Below are positions 1 to 7,263 of a stretch of DNA of 15,432 nucleotides, piece after piece. The stretch comes from Thermoplasmata archaeon (lineage in GTDB: Archaea > Thermoplasmatota > Thermoplasmata > RBG-16-68-12 > JAGMCJ01): positions 1 through 15,432 of the forward strand of contig JAGMCJ010000194.1 of assembly GCA_023129265.1 (NCBI GenBank). The letters are read 5' to 3'. Both the position numbers and the translations under genes were made by a program. The notes beneath the pieces were generated by a model, which saw only the letters and a list, made by a program, of their open reading frames with translations, was not told the DNA's origin and did no database searches. Every line of letters starts with the position of its first letter. Positions within the stretch are counted from its first letter, which is position 1.

Positions 1-1059
1 CGCGTTCAGGCTGATGACCACGCTGTCACCGGGGTTCACGGGAATCACATCAGATTGAAAGGGAGGGACAGTTGATGACGGGTCAGCATAGGAGTAGTTC
101 CCCGACGGGGTTTCGATCAGGATGTCGCTTGGCGAGAGATCAGGCCCCTCCACGTAGAAGAGAATCGTCGCAGAGTTGTTGCCCTCATCGTATTCGGTCA
201 CGTTGTCGTAGAAGTCCACCGTGTAGCTAAGGAGACAGCCCCCGACGAAGGGTAGGGCTGGCGCGGTCCAGATCGTGCTGAACCTCGCTCCCGGGGGTGC
301 GGAAGACCCCGGACCTATCTCCTGTATCTCCCCGAGGTGCTCGAAGGCCCCGCAGGAGTCGTCAAGCGCGGCTGTGTTCAGGATTCTTATGAAGGGCGTC
401 CCCGCGTTCGTCACGTTGGCCTCTACCACGAGGGAAGTGCCCGCCAGAACTACTATTGGTCCTATCGGCACAGCTGGGTCGTAGGGACCGGGATACTCGA
501 TTCCGTCGACGGCGATGGCATTTGGCTGGAGGTCTGGTATCGGAACAACTACGTCCCACTGTTGAGTGTTGTCCGGATCGTTCCACATTATCGTATTCTC
601 AAGCTCCCCGAAGGGGGGGAACTCACCGGGATCGCCTGTCCCGTGGCTCGTGGCGTTCGTATTGAGCCCGCCAAAGGCAGTTGCGTCCACATGAACACGA
701 TACGTGTCGCCATTGCTCCAGTTGACGTCCCGCTCAGCCGCCTCAAGCGTGTACGCGTACCAGCCACCGCTGGTGAGGACCCCGCCGGCTTTCGGAAAAC
801 GATTCCAGGAACCGCTGTGAAGTACCCATACAGCGAAGGGTGTGCTGTCTTCCCACGGGAGGCCCTGGAGAGGTGTATCGTCCCAGAGGAAAATCCTCCC
901 CTCCAAATTCATCTCCTCGGGTTGAGCCATTGATGATTGGGTCAGCGTCACAAGGGTGAGTAGCATGAACAGAGATGCGGCAATCGACCGCAACTTCACG
1001 ACTGCCCTCCAGGAAGCGTGGCGGGCGTTCCGCCTCTCTCCAACACCACAGAACCTCAT
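1..1059 (-). CDS. Secreted CARDB-like / Ig-fold surface protein, N-terminal part only (3' end runs off the left edge of the window)
   Basis: Absent from the supplied ORF track because it has no stop inside the window. My translation of the reverse strand is open for all 353 codons from ATG 1059 to base 1: MRFCGVGERRNARHASWRAVVKLRSIAASLFMLLTLVTLTQSSMAQPEEMNLEGR... It has a signal-peptide-like hydrophobic core. Later, EANVTNAGTPF...SYTVDFYDNVTEYDEGNNSATILFYVEGPDL matches the CARDB-type signature (N-x-G ... E-x-D-E-x-NN). GAGGT lies 9 nt upstream of ATG 1059. An alternative start is GTG 999, preceded by GGAGGG, giving MKLRSIAASLF... Confidence 0.75.
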   Translation of the reverse strand, partial: MRFCGVGERRNARHASWRAVVKLRSIAASLFMLLTLVTLTQSSMAQPEEMNLEGRIFLWDDTPLQGLPWEDSTPFAVWVLHSGSWNRFPKAGGVLTSGGWYAYTLEAAERDVNWSNGDTYRVHVDATAFGGLNTNATSHGTGDPGEFPPFGELENTIMWNDPDNTQQWDVVVPIPDLQPNAIAVDGIEYPGPYDPAVPIGPIVVLAGTSLVVEANVTNAGTPFIRILNTAALDDSCGAFEHLGEIQEIGPGSSAPPGARFSTIWTAPALPFVGGCLLSYTVDFYDNVTEYDEGNNSATILFYVEGPDLSPSDILIETPSGNYSYADPSSTVPPFQSDVIPVNPGDSVVISLNA

Positions 1060-1071
1060 ATCGATACTACC

Positions 1072-4000
1072 TCAGACTCCAGCAAAGCCGAAGACCACAT
1101 CGGATGAGACATTGAGCTTCAGGGTGACAAACATCGCGAATTCCCTGTCGTACACCCCAACCTCCATGGCCGGGATATGTGGAACCCACCTCGACTCGGA
1201 GTGCTTGTACCAGAGGATGACAAGCGCGTTCATGACGTAGTCAGTGTAGTACGAGACGTTCTGATATGCGTACTGCCCGTTCGAGAACGGCTTCAGGGGA
1301 AGCGAGATGGCTTGATAGCCCTGCGTGAAGCGTCCAATCCATATGCCTGAGCTGTAGCTACCAGAGCCTTGGCCGAGCGAATCGCTCAGCGGGAAAATCA
1401 TGTAGTAGAACTCGTCATAGGGTTCGAAGAAGGCGTTCACGTGATCCACGCTGACCACGGGGCCCACCGGAGGCACGAAGGAACTGTACAGCGACCAGTA
1501 ATCCAGCCCTAGTTCTCCATAGAACCCAACTCTGCTGTTCGAATAGTAGATGTCATACGCGTCAGAGCCAACGGGCTGTAGCCAGGTAACCCTGATGTTG
1601 TTGCCCACAATGCTGAGCTCTACACTCTTGGCGTTTCCCGTGTGGTCAAAGCCGCCAAAGAGGAGCTCATCGTACCTGATCATGGTCCCGGGCAGACCCA
1701 CGAATATGAAGCGCACGTCGGACCCAAGTTCCACCACACAGCCATCGCCTATCGCGATTGTTCTGACAGGATCGCCACCGCCAGGAACCCTCAGCCAGTG
1801 CTCCGCCTCCATGTATTCGACGTAGTCTGCACCGAGCGCGGCCCGGTACTCCTCCGTGGTGTCCGTTCGAGCTGGCCCATCATACTCGACCCATGGGAAG
1901 TAGTCCAGGGGGATCGAGAATGTGTTGAATCCTGCGGAGAAAGTGTTCGTCCACGCGCCCGCCGTGTTGCTGGTCTCGCTGATGTCGCTCTCGTTCGCAT
2001 TCGCCGCTCTTATTAGGTAATAGTACTCACCGTCATGGCTGGCTGCTCCTCCCGCTTCTGGGTCCACCCAGTCGGTCGTCCCCGCCGGAACCACGTCATA
2101 CGCCGCGGCGGGAGACAGGTCTTGGAACCCGTTCTGGGTGAGTGACCTGAAAATGAGGTAATGATCCAGTTCTGGCCAGGGTGCCTCGACCCACCTGAGA
2201 CCTATGTCAGCTCCTCCGTCCCAATATGTCTCCACATTCTTGGGCGGGGCGGCGTAATAGGTCACCGTGATCATGACAAGAGGGAAGGGTACAACGGTAT
2301 GGTTGCCGTCCCATTTCACATATGCAACGCGGGCATCGGGATAGACTCCCACGGGATTAGTGCCAACGAGGTCGGAGGTGACATCGTACTCAACCTCCCA
2401 GGTCTCATTAATCGCCAGGGAGCTGACATTCCACTGCATGAATGTGAACACGCCCCTGTTGCCCATGTAGTGCGGGAGTTTTGGAAGACCCGAGGAAGGA
2501 TTGCGGAAGGAGCCGGTTACGAGGTGTATATAGGATGGAAGGACGTCCTCGATCATGGGAGAGTTGTCGGAGACATCCAAGTCCCGACCCGCCACCTGAT
2601 CGACTATCGTTCCGATCTGCTTGTAGATGCCTACCAGATCCTCGGGCGTCTCGGCGTAGAAGTACTCACCCTCGGTTATGGCGGCGATGTTCTGTAGCAC
2701 GGCGTGCTGGGCATCTGAACCCAGACCAATCGTGTAGATGACTACGTTGTTGGCTGCAGCGTTCTGAGCCTCAGTGATGGGATCGAGACCTGAATTGCTC
2801 TTCCCGTCCGTTAGAAGAATACATACCCAGATATGGTTCGGGTCAGCATCCGACACGAGGTCATTCCAGCATGCATATATTGCGTTTCCAATTGCGGTTC
2901 CTCCGACCGGAACAAGAACACTGTCTATGTCTGCCTTAATCTGCAGGTAATTCGTGCTGAGCGGGTTAATTCGCATCACAGAAGTGTCGAAGAATATCAC
3001 AGCACCCTGGTCGGGTAGCTTCATGTCGTCGACGTAGCTCTTTGCGCCTAGCTTGGCATAATCGAATTTCTCGATTGGCCAGTTCATGCTGCCGGACTTG
3101 TCTATGAGGAAAATGACATCCTGGGGAACGGACCTGATTACCCCAGAGCCTTGGCCAGTGACAGATAGCAGGACAGTCGCGACGGTTGGGTAGCCGGGAC
3201 CCGCGTTTTCGTGGAATATCGTGGACGGTGCCACGCTTTTCACAGGCTCGATGTGGGGATATACTCTCACGAGAATACTTGCACTGTCCGATGCCAGTGT
3301 GGTTGATGATGCCGTGCCAGTGACAATGACCGACTGATAGTTCCCGACTGGGGGGCTTGAGGGGACGTTCACACCGATCTTGAACTGCAGCGATTGCTCC
3401 GGACCGAGAGGTCCAGAATCCGGAATGCCGTCACCGTCTCCTGGGGAGTCCATCAGGGGGAAGATTCCATCGTCCTGCAGTATCTCAATCGTCCAGTTGT
3501 TCGGTGCGCTCGTTATCGTTATGTCGATGTAGTCCGAGATAAGTTGCTTGTTTGTCACCGTTAGATTCAGGAGCACTCGTTCTCCGACCTCCCCGTGAGT
3601 GTCGTGGTCGGGGCCCAGCACCACCAGCGCGAGTGTGGGAGCCATGTCAAACCTCCAGCCTGCGTTGGTGGAGCTGGTGTCATCGTAGCCATCGGAGGTC
3701 CCATTGCCGTCGGGCACTCGGCTCATAGAGAATCCCTGTGAATGCAGAGAGCTCCATCCTGCCATGTCAAGCAGCTGACCCGTTGAATCGTAGAGGTAGA
3801 CATTATCTGCCAGGACGCCCATGGAATCGAAGAACCCCGAGTCCATTGGATACCTCAACACGTAGTGCGGATTGGCTTCGGTAAGGGTGATTCCGCCCAC
3901 GAGGTATTCCTGATTGGCGACAATCGTGTAGCCCAGCAGACTGATGGAACCGGCACCTCTGTAGTAGACCTCCACATATGCTTCGTCAGCAACATTCGGG

Positions 4001-5766
4001 AAGTACAAGATCTCATTGAGTACGAGTTCTGGGTTCCCATCAACGCCTGGAACGCTGTTGTCTGCTCCGAATGTCGGAACCTCTTCCCGGACCCATTCAT
4101 CCGTGTAGCCGTTGCCCACCCTGCGCCTCGAAACGGACTCCCCCCAAAGAGGGTCAGGCGCTGTTCCCATCTGACCATATCCGACTTCGTCTATGAAGGT
4201 CAGGCTCACGGGGTCAAACAGGAAAAGTCTGGCACCTTGGTCGCCCAGGTTGAGTGGAATGACCAGGTCCGCAGAAGGGTCGTCGCCAAGCGTCCTGTAC
4301 TCAAGCGAAGGTATAGTCCCCAGTGCCGTCAAGGAATAGAGCTGGGTATCGTCGACTTGAAGTACATATCCGTTCAGGTCAACTGGTTTGGAGCCGAAGT
4401 TGTATATCTCCACGAGTTGCGCGTTGTTGGGTGCATCCCTCAGCTCGGTAATCAGGATTTGCCCCGTATCGTAAGAGGAGAAGTAGACCTCATAGAAAGT
4501 CTGGCTTCTAAAATCATTCCAAGCAATGAATATGCCGAATGTCCCCAAAGCCATCGATGGGTACTGCTGTGTTGATGAATCGTCCAACGGATCGCCATTC
4601 TCATCGGTATCATCCACACGTAAGTCATTGCCGTTCATGATTCCGTCTCCCCATGTAGTGCCCCCGTCCTCCGAGTATGAAAAGAATATGTCTGGATCGC
4701 CGGCCCGGTTGTCGCTCCACGTCACATATAGTCCTCGCGGTCCAGAGACTATGCAGGGGCCAGTGTATGAAGTCGAGGATGCGTAGTCATCCACCTTGAC
4801 AGGGCTGGACCAAGTATTCCCACCATCCGTGGATCTCGAGTGGCTGATTTGCCTCTCTCCTGAGGGATTGTTGTAGTACCATACGGCGTGAAGAATCCCG
4901 GTGGTGTCTGCTGCAACGTCAAGATGCCTGAGAATGGAACCCGAAGGTTCGGCGAAAAGAACGTGAGGTGTCCAAGTGGTGGACCCTAGGTCTGATGAGT
5001 CGGCAATCCAAAAGGTCGTGAAGCTAACATCCTGCTCCCTCCAGGACACGTGAATCTTACTACCAGCGGTGGTTACAGACGGAAATGCATTTATCGATTC
5101 TTGGGTGGAGATCTGAACCTCTGGCTCAAAGCTGAAGCCCCCGTCCGTGGACTTGGACACAAAGACGTGGTCGTACGAAGGATTGCGATCATCGAACCAA
5201 ACAACGAAGAGATTCCCGGAAGAACCAACACCGACATCTGGCTCCCGACACCTTGTGTTTTGTGAAGCAGTGTCCACTTTCACCGGGGCCGACCAAGTCG
5301 CTCCTGAATTGGATGAATAGGTCGCAAATATGTGAATTCCGCCTGCCATCGAAGACTCCTGCCAGGAGACATATATTCGATTATTCATGGCGCCCCCAGT
5401 TCTGTCGATGGCAATGGAGGGCAAGCGAGAATTGGCGCCATGAACCCCAGAATCTATTCTAATCGATGATGACCAACTCGCCCCTTCGTCAGTCGACTTG
5501 GAATAGTAAATTCCATAATAGCCCGTTCTGTTGTCAGACCACACAATGTGAATAACTTCGTTTCCATCAACAGCGACGTCGGGACTCCAGGAGTTCGCTG
5601 ATCCATCGTCCACTTTCTGATTAGGGCGACTGAAGGATTTGGTGAGATGAATCTCTGGTGTATCATCACTCGCGACGACAACCAGGCTTGTTATCATGAG
5701 AATCGTAGAAATGAGAGCAAACAACCTACAATAGTCACACCAAACGCTGGATGCCGCGTCCTTCAT
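1072..5766 (-). CDS. Giant secreted/anchored surface protein: BNR (Asp-box) beta-propeller + 2 lamin-tail domains + Ig-like domain + vWA (MIDAS) + duplicated C-terminal module
   Basis: Single uninterrupted ORF; the track gives 1072..5799, which starts at a TTG. I prefer ATG 5766 (Met12), which is directly preceded by GGAGGAGGAG. The N-terminus MKDAASSVWCDYCRLFALISTILMITSLVVVASDD looks like a signal peptide or membrane anchor. Asp-boxes: SKSTDEGASW, YSSNSGATW, SKSTDGGFSF, SRSTDGGNTW, SYSEDGGTTW. LTD-like motifs: ILITELRDAPNNAQLVEIYNFGSKPVDLNGYVL and LVLNEILYFPNVADEAYVEVYYRGAGSISLLGYTI. vWA: VIFLIDKSGSM...GGTAIG...ILLTDGKSN. Residue numbers below count from the TTG at 5799. Confidence 0.9.
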   Translation of the reverse strand: MKDAASSVWCDYCRLFALISTILMITSLVVVASDDTPEIHLTKSFSRPNQKVDDGSANSWSPDVAVDGNEVIHIVWSDNRTGYYGIYYSKSTDEGASWSSSIRIDSGVHGANSRLPSIAIDRTGGAMNNRIYVSWQESSMAGGIHIFATYSSNSGATWSAPVKVDTASQNTRCREPDVGVGSSGNLFVVWFDDRNPSYDHVFVSKSTDGGFSFEPEVQISTQESINAFPSVTTAGSKIHVSWREQDVSFTTFWIADSSDLGSTTWTPHVLFAEPSGSILRHLDVAADTTGILHAVWYYNNPSGERQISHSRSTDGGNTWSSPVKVDDYASSTSYTGPCIVSGPRGLYVTWSDNRAGDPDIFFSYSEDGGTTWGDGIMNGNDLRVDDTDENGDPLDDSSTQQYPSMALGTFGIFIAWNDFRSQTFYEVYFSSYDTGQILITELRDAPNNAQLVEIYNFGSKPVDLNGYVLQVDDTQLYSLTALGTIPSLEYRTLGDDPSADLVIPLNLGDQGARLFLFDPVSLTFIDEVGYGQMGTAPDPLWGESVSRRRVGNGYTDEWVREEVPTFGADNSVPGVDGNPELVLNEILYFPNVADEAYVEVYYRGAGSISLLGYTIVANQEYLVGGITLTEANPHYVLRYPMDSGFFDSMGVLADNVYLYDSTGQLLDMAGWSSLHSQGFSMSRVPDGNGTSDGYDDTSSTNAGWRFDMAPTLALVVLGPDHDTHGEVGERVLLNLTVTNKQLISDYIDITITSAPNNWTIEILQDDGIFPLMDSPGDGDGIPDSGPLGPEQSLQFKIGVNVPSSPPVGNYQSVIVTGTASSTTLASDSASILVRVYPHIEPVKSVAPSTIFHENAGPGYPTVATVLLSVTGQGSGVIRSVPQDVIFLIDKSGSMNWPIEKFDYAKLGAKSYVDDMKLPDQGAVIFFDTSVMRINPLSTNYLQIKADIDSVLVPVGGTAIGNAIYACWNDLVSDADPNHIWVCILLTDGKSNSGLDPITEAQNAAANNVVIYTIGLGSDAQHAVLQNIAAITEGEYFYAETPEDLVGIYKQIGTIVDQVAGRDLDVSDNSPMIEDVLPSYIHLVTGSFRNPSSGLPKLPHYMGNRGVFTFMQWNVSSLAINETWEVEYDVTSDLVGTNPVGVYPDARVAYVKWDGNHTVVPFPLVMITVTYYAAPPKNVETYWDGGADIGLRWVEAPWPELDHYLIFRSLTQNGFQDLSPAAAYDVVPAGTTDWVDPEAGGAASHDGEYYYLIRAANANESDISETSNTAGAWTNTFSAGFNTFSIPLDYFPWVEYDGPARTDTTEEYRAALGADYVEYMEAEHWLRVPGGGDPVRTIAIGDGCVVELGSDVRFIFVGLPGTMIRYDELLFGGFDHTGNAKSVELSIVGNNIRVTWLQPVGSDAYDIYYSNSRVGFYGELGLDYWSLYSSFVPPVGPVVSVDHVNAFFEPYDEFYYMIFPLSDSLGQGSGSYSSGIWIGRFTQGYQAISLPLKPFSNGQYAYQNVSYYTDYVMNALVILWYKHSESRWVPHIPAMEVGVYDREFAMFVTLKLNVSSDVVFGFAGV
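2605..3126 (-). other. von Willebrand factor A domain with complete MIDAS motif (aa ~892-1065)
   Basis: DKSGS is encoded at 3088-3102 (verified codon by codon). Downstream GGT-AIG and LLTDGKSN supply the Thr and Asp MIDAS ligands. The alternating beta/alpha pattern ends at YTIGLG...LQNIA...GEYFYA...DLVGIYKQI. Confidence 0.85.
3640..4464 (-). other. Two lamin-tail-domain (LTD)-like modules (aa ~446-545 and ~590-720)
   Basis: Both modules open with the LTD hallmark (I/L)-(T/N)-E-(L/I)...x-(V/Y)-(E/V)-(I/V)-Y-(N/Y)-x-G...(L)-x-G-Y-x-(L/I). Domain boundaries are approximate. Confidence 0.6.
4480..5622 (-). other. BNR/Asp-box (sialidase-like) beta-propeller region of the giant protein (aa ~60-440)
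   Basis: Five to six S-x-D-x-G-x-(T/S)-W Asp-box motifs at roughly 50-60 aa spacing. Each follows an (I/V)-x-(V/I)-x-W strand motif: IHIVWSDN, IYVSWQES, LFVVWFDD, IHVSWREQ, LHAVWYYN, LYVTWSDN. Confidence 0.75.
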
Positions 5767-5835
5767 AGCTCCTCCTCCGAGGAAGGTATTGCAGCACAAA
5801 CGGTAGGTCTCCGCCTCCGTCTCTGCCCACTGTGC

Positions 5836-5866
5836 AAATTAATGACACGGCGCCTATTTATATTTT
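5836..5866 (-). promoter_or_regulatory. Candidate archaeal TATA elements upstream of the giant-protein gene
   Basis: On the minus strand, AAAATATAAATA (5855-5866) and ATTAATTT (5836-5843) are the only AT-rich boxes between the gene start and the next gene. They lie 70-100 nt from ATG 5766, so the implied leader is rather long. Confidence 0.3.
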
Positions 5867-6070
5867 CCCGCCAGGACATCCACAGACCGCTCTTGGTCCC
5901 ATTCGGGCGACTATTGTCAAACTAAGAATTTGAACCATGCCATTGGTACGGCCAGAACCTTGTATCCGGTTTGAATCGTTTGGCCTCTCGCACAAGAACC
6001 CTATCGCTAATCTCGAAGCTCATCATTAGCATCCCAGTCATCGTTCTTCGAGGAGCCGTGAACGTGACCG

Positions 6071-6496
6071 ATGAATTTGTGGTTTCATCTGACGAACTCA
6101 GGGAGATTTGAAAGACTCGAAAACAATTGCCGTAGTTGGGTGTCGGCCAAACCAGAGAGGCCAAGCTATCGAGTGGCAAGATACCTAGAAGATGCGGGCC
6201 ACGAAGTCATCCCAGTGAACCCGAACTATCAGGAAATTGATGAGATGAAGAGCTATCCCGGCCTAGAATCGATATCCAAGGATGTAGACGTAGTAGACAT
6301 ATTCCGCAGGTCCGAATATGTAGTACCTGCAGTAGATGTCGCAATGAGAAAAGGCGCCAAGGTCATATGGATGCAAGAGGGTGTTGTCAACAAGGAAGCC
6401 GCAATAAAGGCCAGACAGGCGGGGCTGAAGGTCGTCATGGACAGGTGCATGATGAAGGAGCATCACAGGCTGATAGCCCACGAGACAGGAGAATAG
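6071..6496 (+). CDS. CoA-binding domain protein (YccU/YneT-like, CoA_binding_2 family); 5' end frame-disrupted, possible pseudogene
   Basis: VSAKPERPSYRVARYLEDAGHEVIPVNPNYQEIDEMKSYPGLESISKDVDVVDIFRRSEYVVPAVDVAMRKGAKVIWMQEGVVNKEAAIKARQAGLKVVMDRCMMKEH matches the family pattern (xxKPxRPSY...G(Y/H)xVIPVNP...VDxVDIFR...GAKxxWxQxG...AGLxVVMDRC). The family N-terminus (SDELREI / LKDSKTIAVVG) is present but lies in two other frames upstream (see finding). The track ORF start at ATG 6071 gives an unrelated N-terminal peptide. Confidence 0.8.
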   Translation: MNLWFHLTNSGRFERLENNCRSWVSAKPERPSYRVARYLEDAGHEVIPVNPNYQEIDEMKSYPGLESISKDVDVVDIFRRSEYVVPAVDVAMRKGAKVIWMQEGVVNKEAAIKARQAGLKVVMDRCMMKEHHRLIAHETGE

Positions 6497-6502
6497 TGTT
6501 TT
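6497..6502 (+). terminator. T-run immediately after the CoA-binding gene stop (possible archaeal oligo-T terminator)
   Basis: The TAG stop is followed by TGTTTT. This is a weak signal on its own. Confidence 0.25.
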
Positions 6503-6519
6503 CGGGCGCGAGAGGCAAG

Positions 6520-6621
6520 TGGGCCCGCCGAGAATTTCAGGCCCTCGCGAGAGCAAGAGCCTTTTGAACTCGAGTTACCAGCACCCCAAGCTGGAAGGAT
6601 ACCAAGCTACCCCACGGGCCC
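6520..6621 (-). tRNA. tRNA-Pro (anticodon GGG) interrupted by a 29-nt BHB intron in the T-loop (between positions 59 and 60)
   Basis: Minus strand reads GGGCCCG TG GGGT AGCTTGGTA TCCT T CCAGC TTGGGGT GCTGG TAAC TCGAG TTCAAA[29-nt intron]T CTCGG CGGGCCC A. The acceptor stem is a perfect 7 bp, the anticodon stem a perfect 5 bp, with U33 and G37. The anticodon GGG corresponds to plus-strand ccc at 6585-6587. G53-C61 is conserved, and removing the intron restores the canonical T-loop TTCAAAT. Mature length is 73 nt and CCA is not encoded. The D-arm GGGU...UCCU is typical of archaeal tRNA-Pro. Confidence 0.85.
6534..6562 (-). other. tRNA intron (29 nt) forming a strict hBHBh' splicing motif
   Basis: Intron sequence is AGGCTCTTGCTCTCGCGAGGGCCTGAAAT. 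The outer helix is the T-stem (TCGAG/CTCGG). The central 4-bp helix pairs T54-T55-C56-A57 with the intron's TGAA. The two 3-nt bulges are AA|A and AT|T. The inner helix is 8-9 bp (GGCTCTTG(C) / (G)CGAGGGCC) closing a TCTC or CTCTCG loop. Confidence 0.8.
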
Positions 6622-6645
6622 TGACGGTGCATGGTGCCGTAGAAC

Positions 6646-6650
6646 AAAAA
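6646..6650 (-). terminator. T5 run directly downstream of the rpoN stop (oligo-T terminator and/or T-rich promoter element for the tRNA)
   Basis: The minus strand reads ...TAG ATGCGAAGCCTTTTTGTTC... The run lies about 25-30 nt upstream of the tRNA-Pro 5' end, so it could serve either role. Confidence 0.3.
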
Positions 6651-6660
6651 GGCTTCGCAT

Positions 6661-6852
6661 CTATCCGAATGGCAGCACGTCATCAATCGTGTCAGCATTC
6701 GAAAGCAGCATTCTGCGGCAACAATAGCGGGTTAATCCAAGGGAATCGAGAACCTTCTGCGGATCCTCGCCCATCTCGATTTTCTTCTGATATTCCTCCC
6801 ACTCAGAGGCCACGACCCTTCCGCAGCTGAAGCATCTCACTGGTATTATCAC
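6661..6852 (-). CDS. rpoN: DNA-directed RNA polymerase subunit N (Rpo10 / Rpb10 homologue)
   Basis: (V->M)IIPVRCFSCGRVVASEWEEYQKKIEMGEDPQKVLDSLGLTRYCCRRMLLSNADTIDDVLPFG, 63 aa. It carries the RCFSCG...RYCCRRM zinc motif typical of RpoN. GTG start at 6852, with GGTGA 4 nt upstream and 4 nt after the rps9 stop. The track ORF (6661..7032) over-extends the 5' end into rps9. Confidence 0.92.
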   Translation of the reverse strand: MIIPVRCFSCGRVVASEWEEYQKKIEMGEDPQKVLDSLGLTRYCCRRMLLSNADTIDDVLPFG

Positions 6853-6856
6853 AGAA

Positions 6857-7255
6857 TCACCTATAGGACTTCTGCCTCTTCTTCCTTGCGCCCCTGCCCA
6901 TCGGCTTCTTGGGCATTTTTCTTCTTGGGTCGCTTGCGAGCAGGGTTCTGTCCCGTTCCTTGAAAAGCGATTCCAGCTCCTTGCTCTCAAGATATGCCAC
7001 GATGCCCCTGGCGATAGCCGTCCGTGTCGCATCTGCCTGACCCATGATGCCCCCGCCCTTCACGTTGACCTCGATGTCCAGTTTCTTGATCTTGTCTCCG
7101 GCCATGACGATGGGCTCAAGGATCTTCTGGCGGGCCAGTTCCGGACTCAGTATCTCGACTGGTCTCTTGTTCACCCTAACCAGTCCCTTCCCTGGCTTGA
7201 TCGTGGCTCTTGCGATCGCCTTCTTCCTCTTCCCGCTTGTCTGGATGACTTTCAT
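6857..7255 (-). CDS. rps9: 30S ribosomal protein S9 (uS9)
   Basis: MKVIQTSGKRKKAIARATIKPGKG...NVKGGGIMGQADATRTAIARGIV...DPRRKMPKKPMGRGARKKRQKSYR. This includes the uS9 GGG-x-GQA motif and the C-terminal KSYR tail. GGTGG lies upstream of the ATG. Confidence 0.95.
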   Translation of the reverse strand: MKVIQTSGKRKKAIARATIKPGKGLVRVNKRPVEILSPELARQKILEPIVMAGDKIKKLDIEVNVKGGGIMGQADATRTAIARGIVAYLESKELESLFKERDRTLLASDPRRKMPKKPMGRGARKKRQKSYR

Positions 7256-7263
7256 CGGACCAC

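Noticed and set aside
337-933. 198-aa plus-strand ORF, plus the overlapping 69-74 aa ORFs at 275-665
   Set aside because: They lie antisense to a fully open 353-codon minus-strand frame that has a signal peptide and a CARDB-like motif. Their translations are Arg/Gly/Pro-rich shadows typical of GC-rich antisense frames.
1550-5681. Many 60-236 aa ORFs on both strands inside the giant gene (for example 3865-4575 +, 2161-2697 +, 3855-4178 -)
   Set aside because: All are nested within or antisense to the single 4.7-kb ORF, which has coherent domain content. None has recognisable motifs.
6016-6032. C-box-like ATGATGA on the minus strand (possible C/D-box sRNA)
   Set aside because: No CTGA D box or D'/C' pair lies at the appropriate spacing downstream, and there is no terminal stem.
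5922-6179. 85-aa minus-strand ORF spanning the intergenic region and the 5' end of the CoA-binding gene
   Set aside because: It shows no motifs and runs antisense to the region that encodes the recognisable CoA-binding N-terminus (SDELREI / KTIAVVG) on the plus strand.
6853-7032. 5' extension of the rpoN ORF (the track lists a 123-aa ORF at 6661-7032)
   Set aside because: The extension overlaps rps9 out of frame and its translation is Arg/Ser-rich nonsense. The conserved RpoN sequence begins at GTG 6852, which has its own GGTGA ribosome-binding site.
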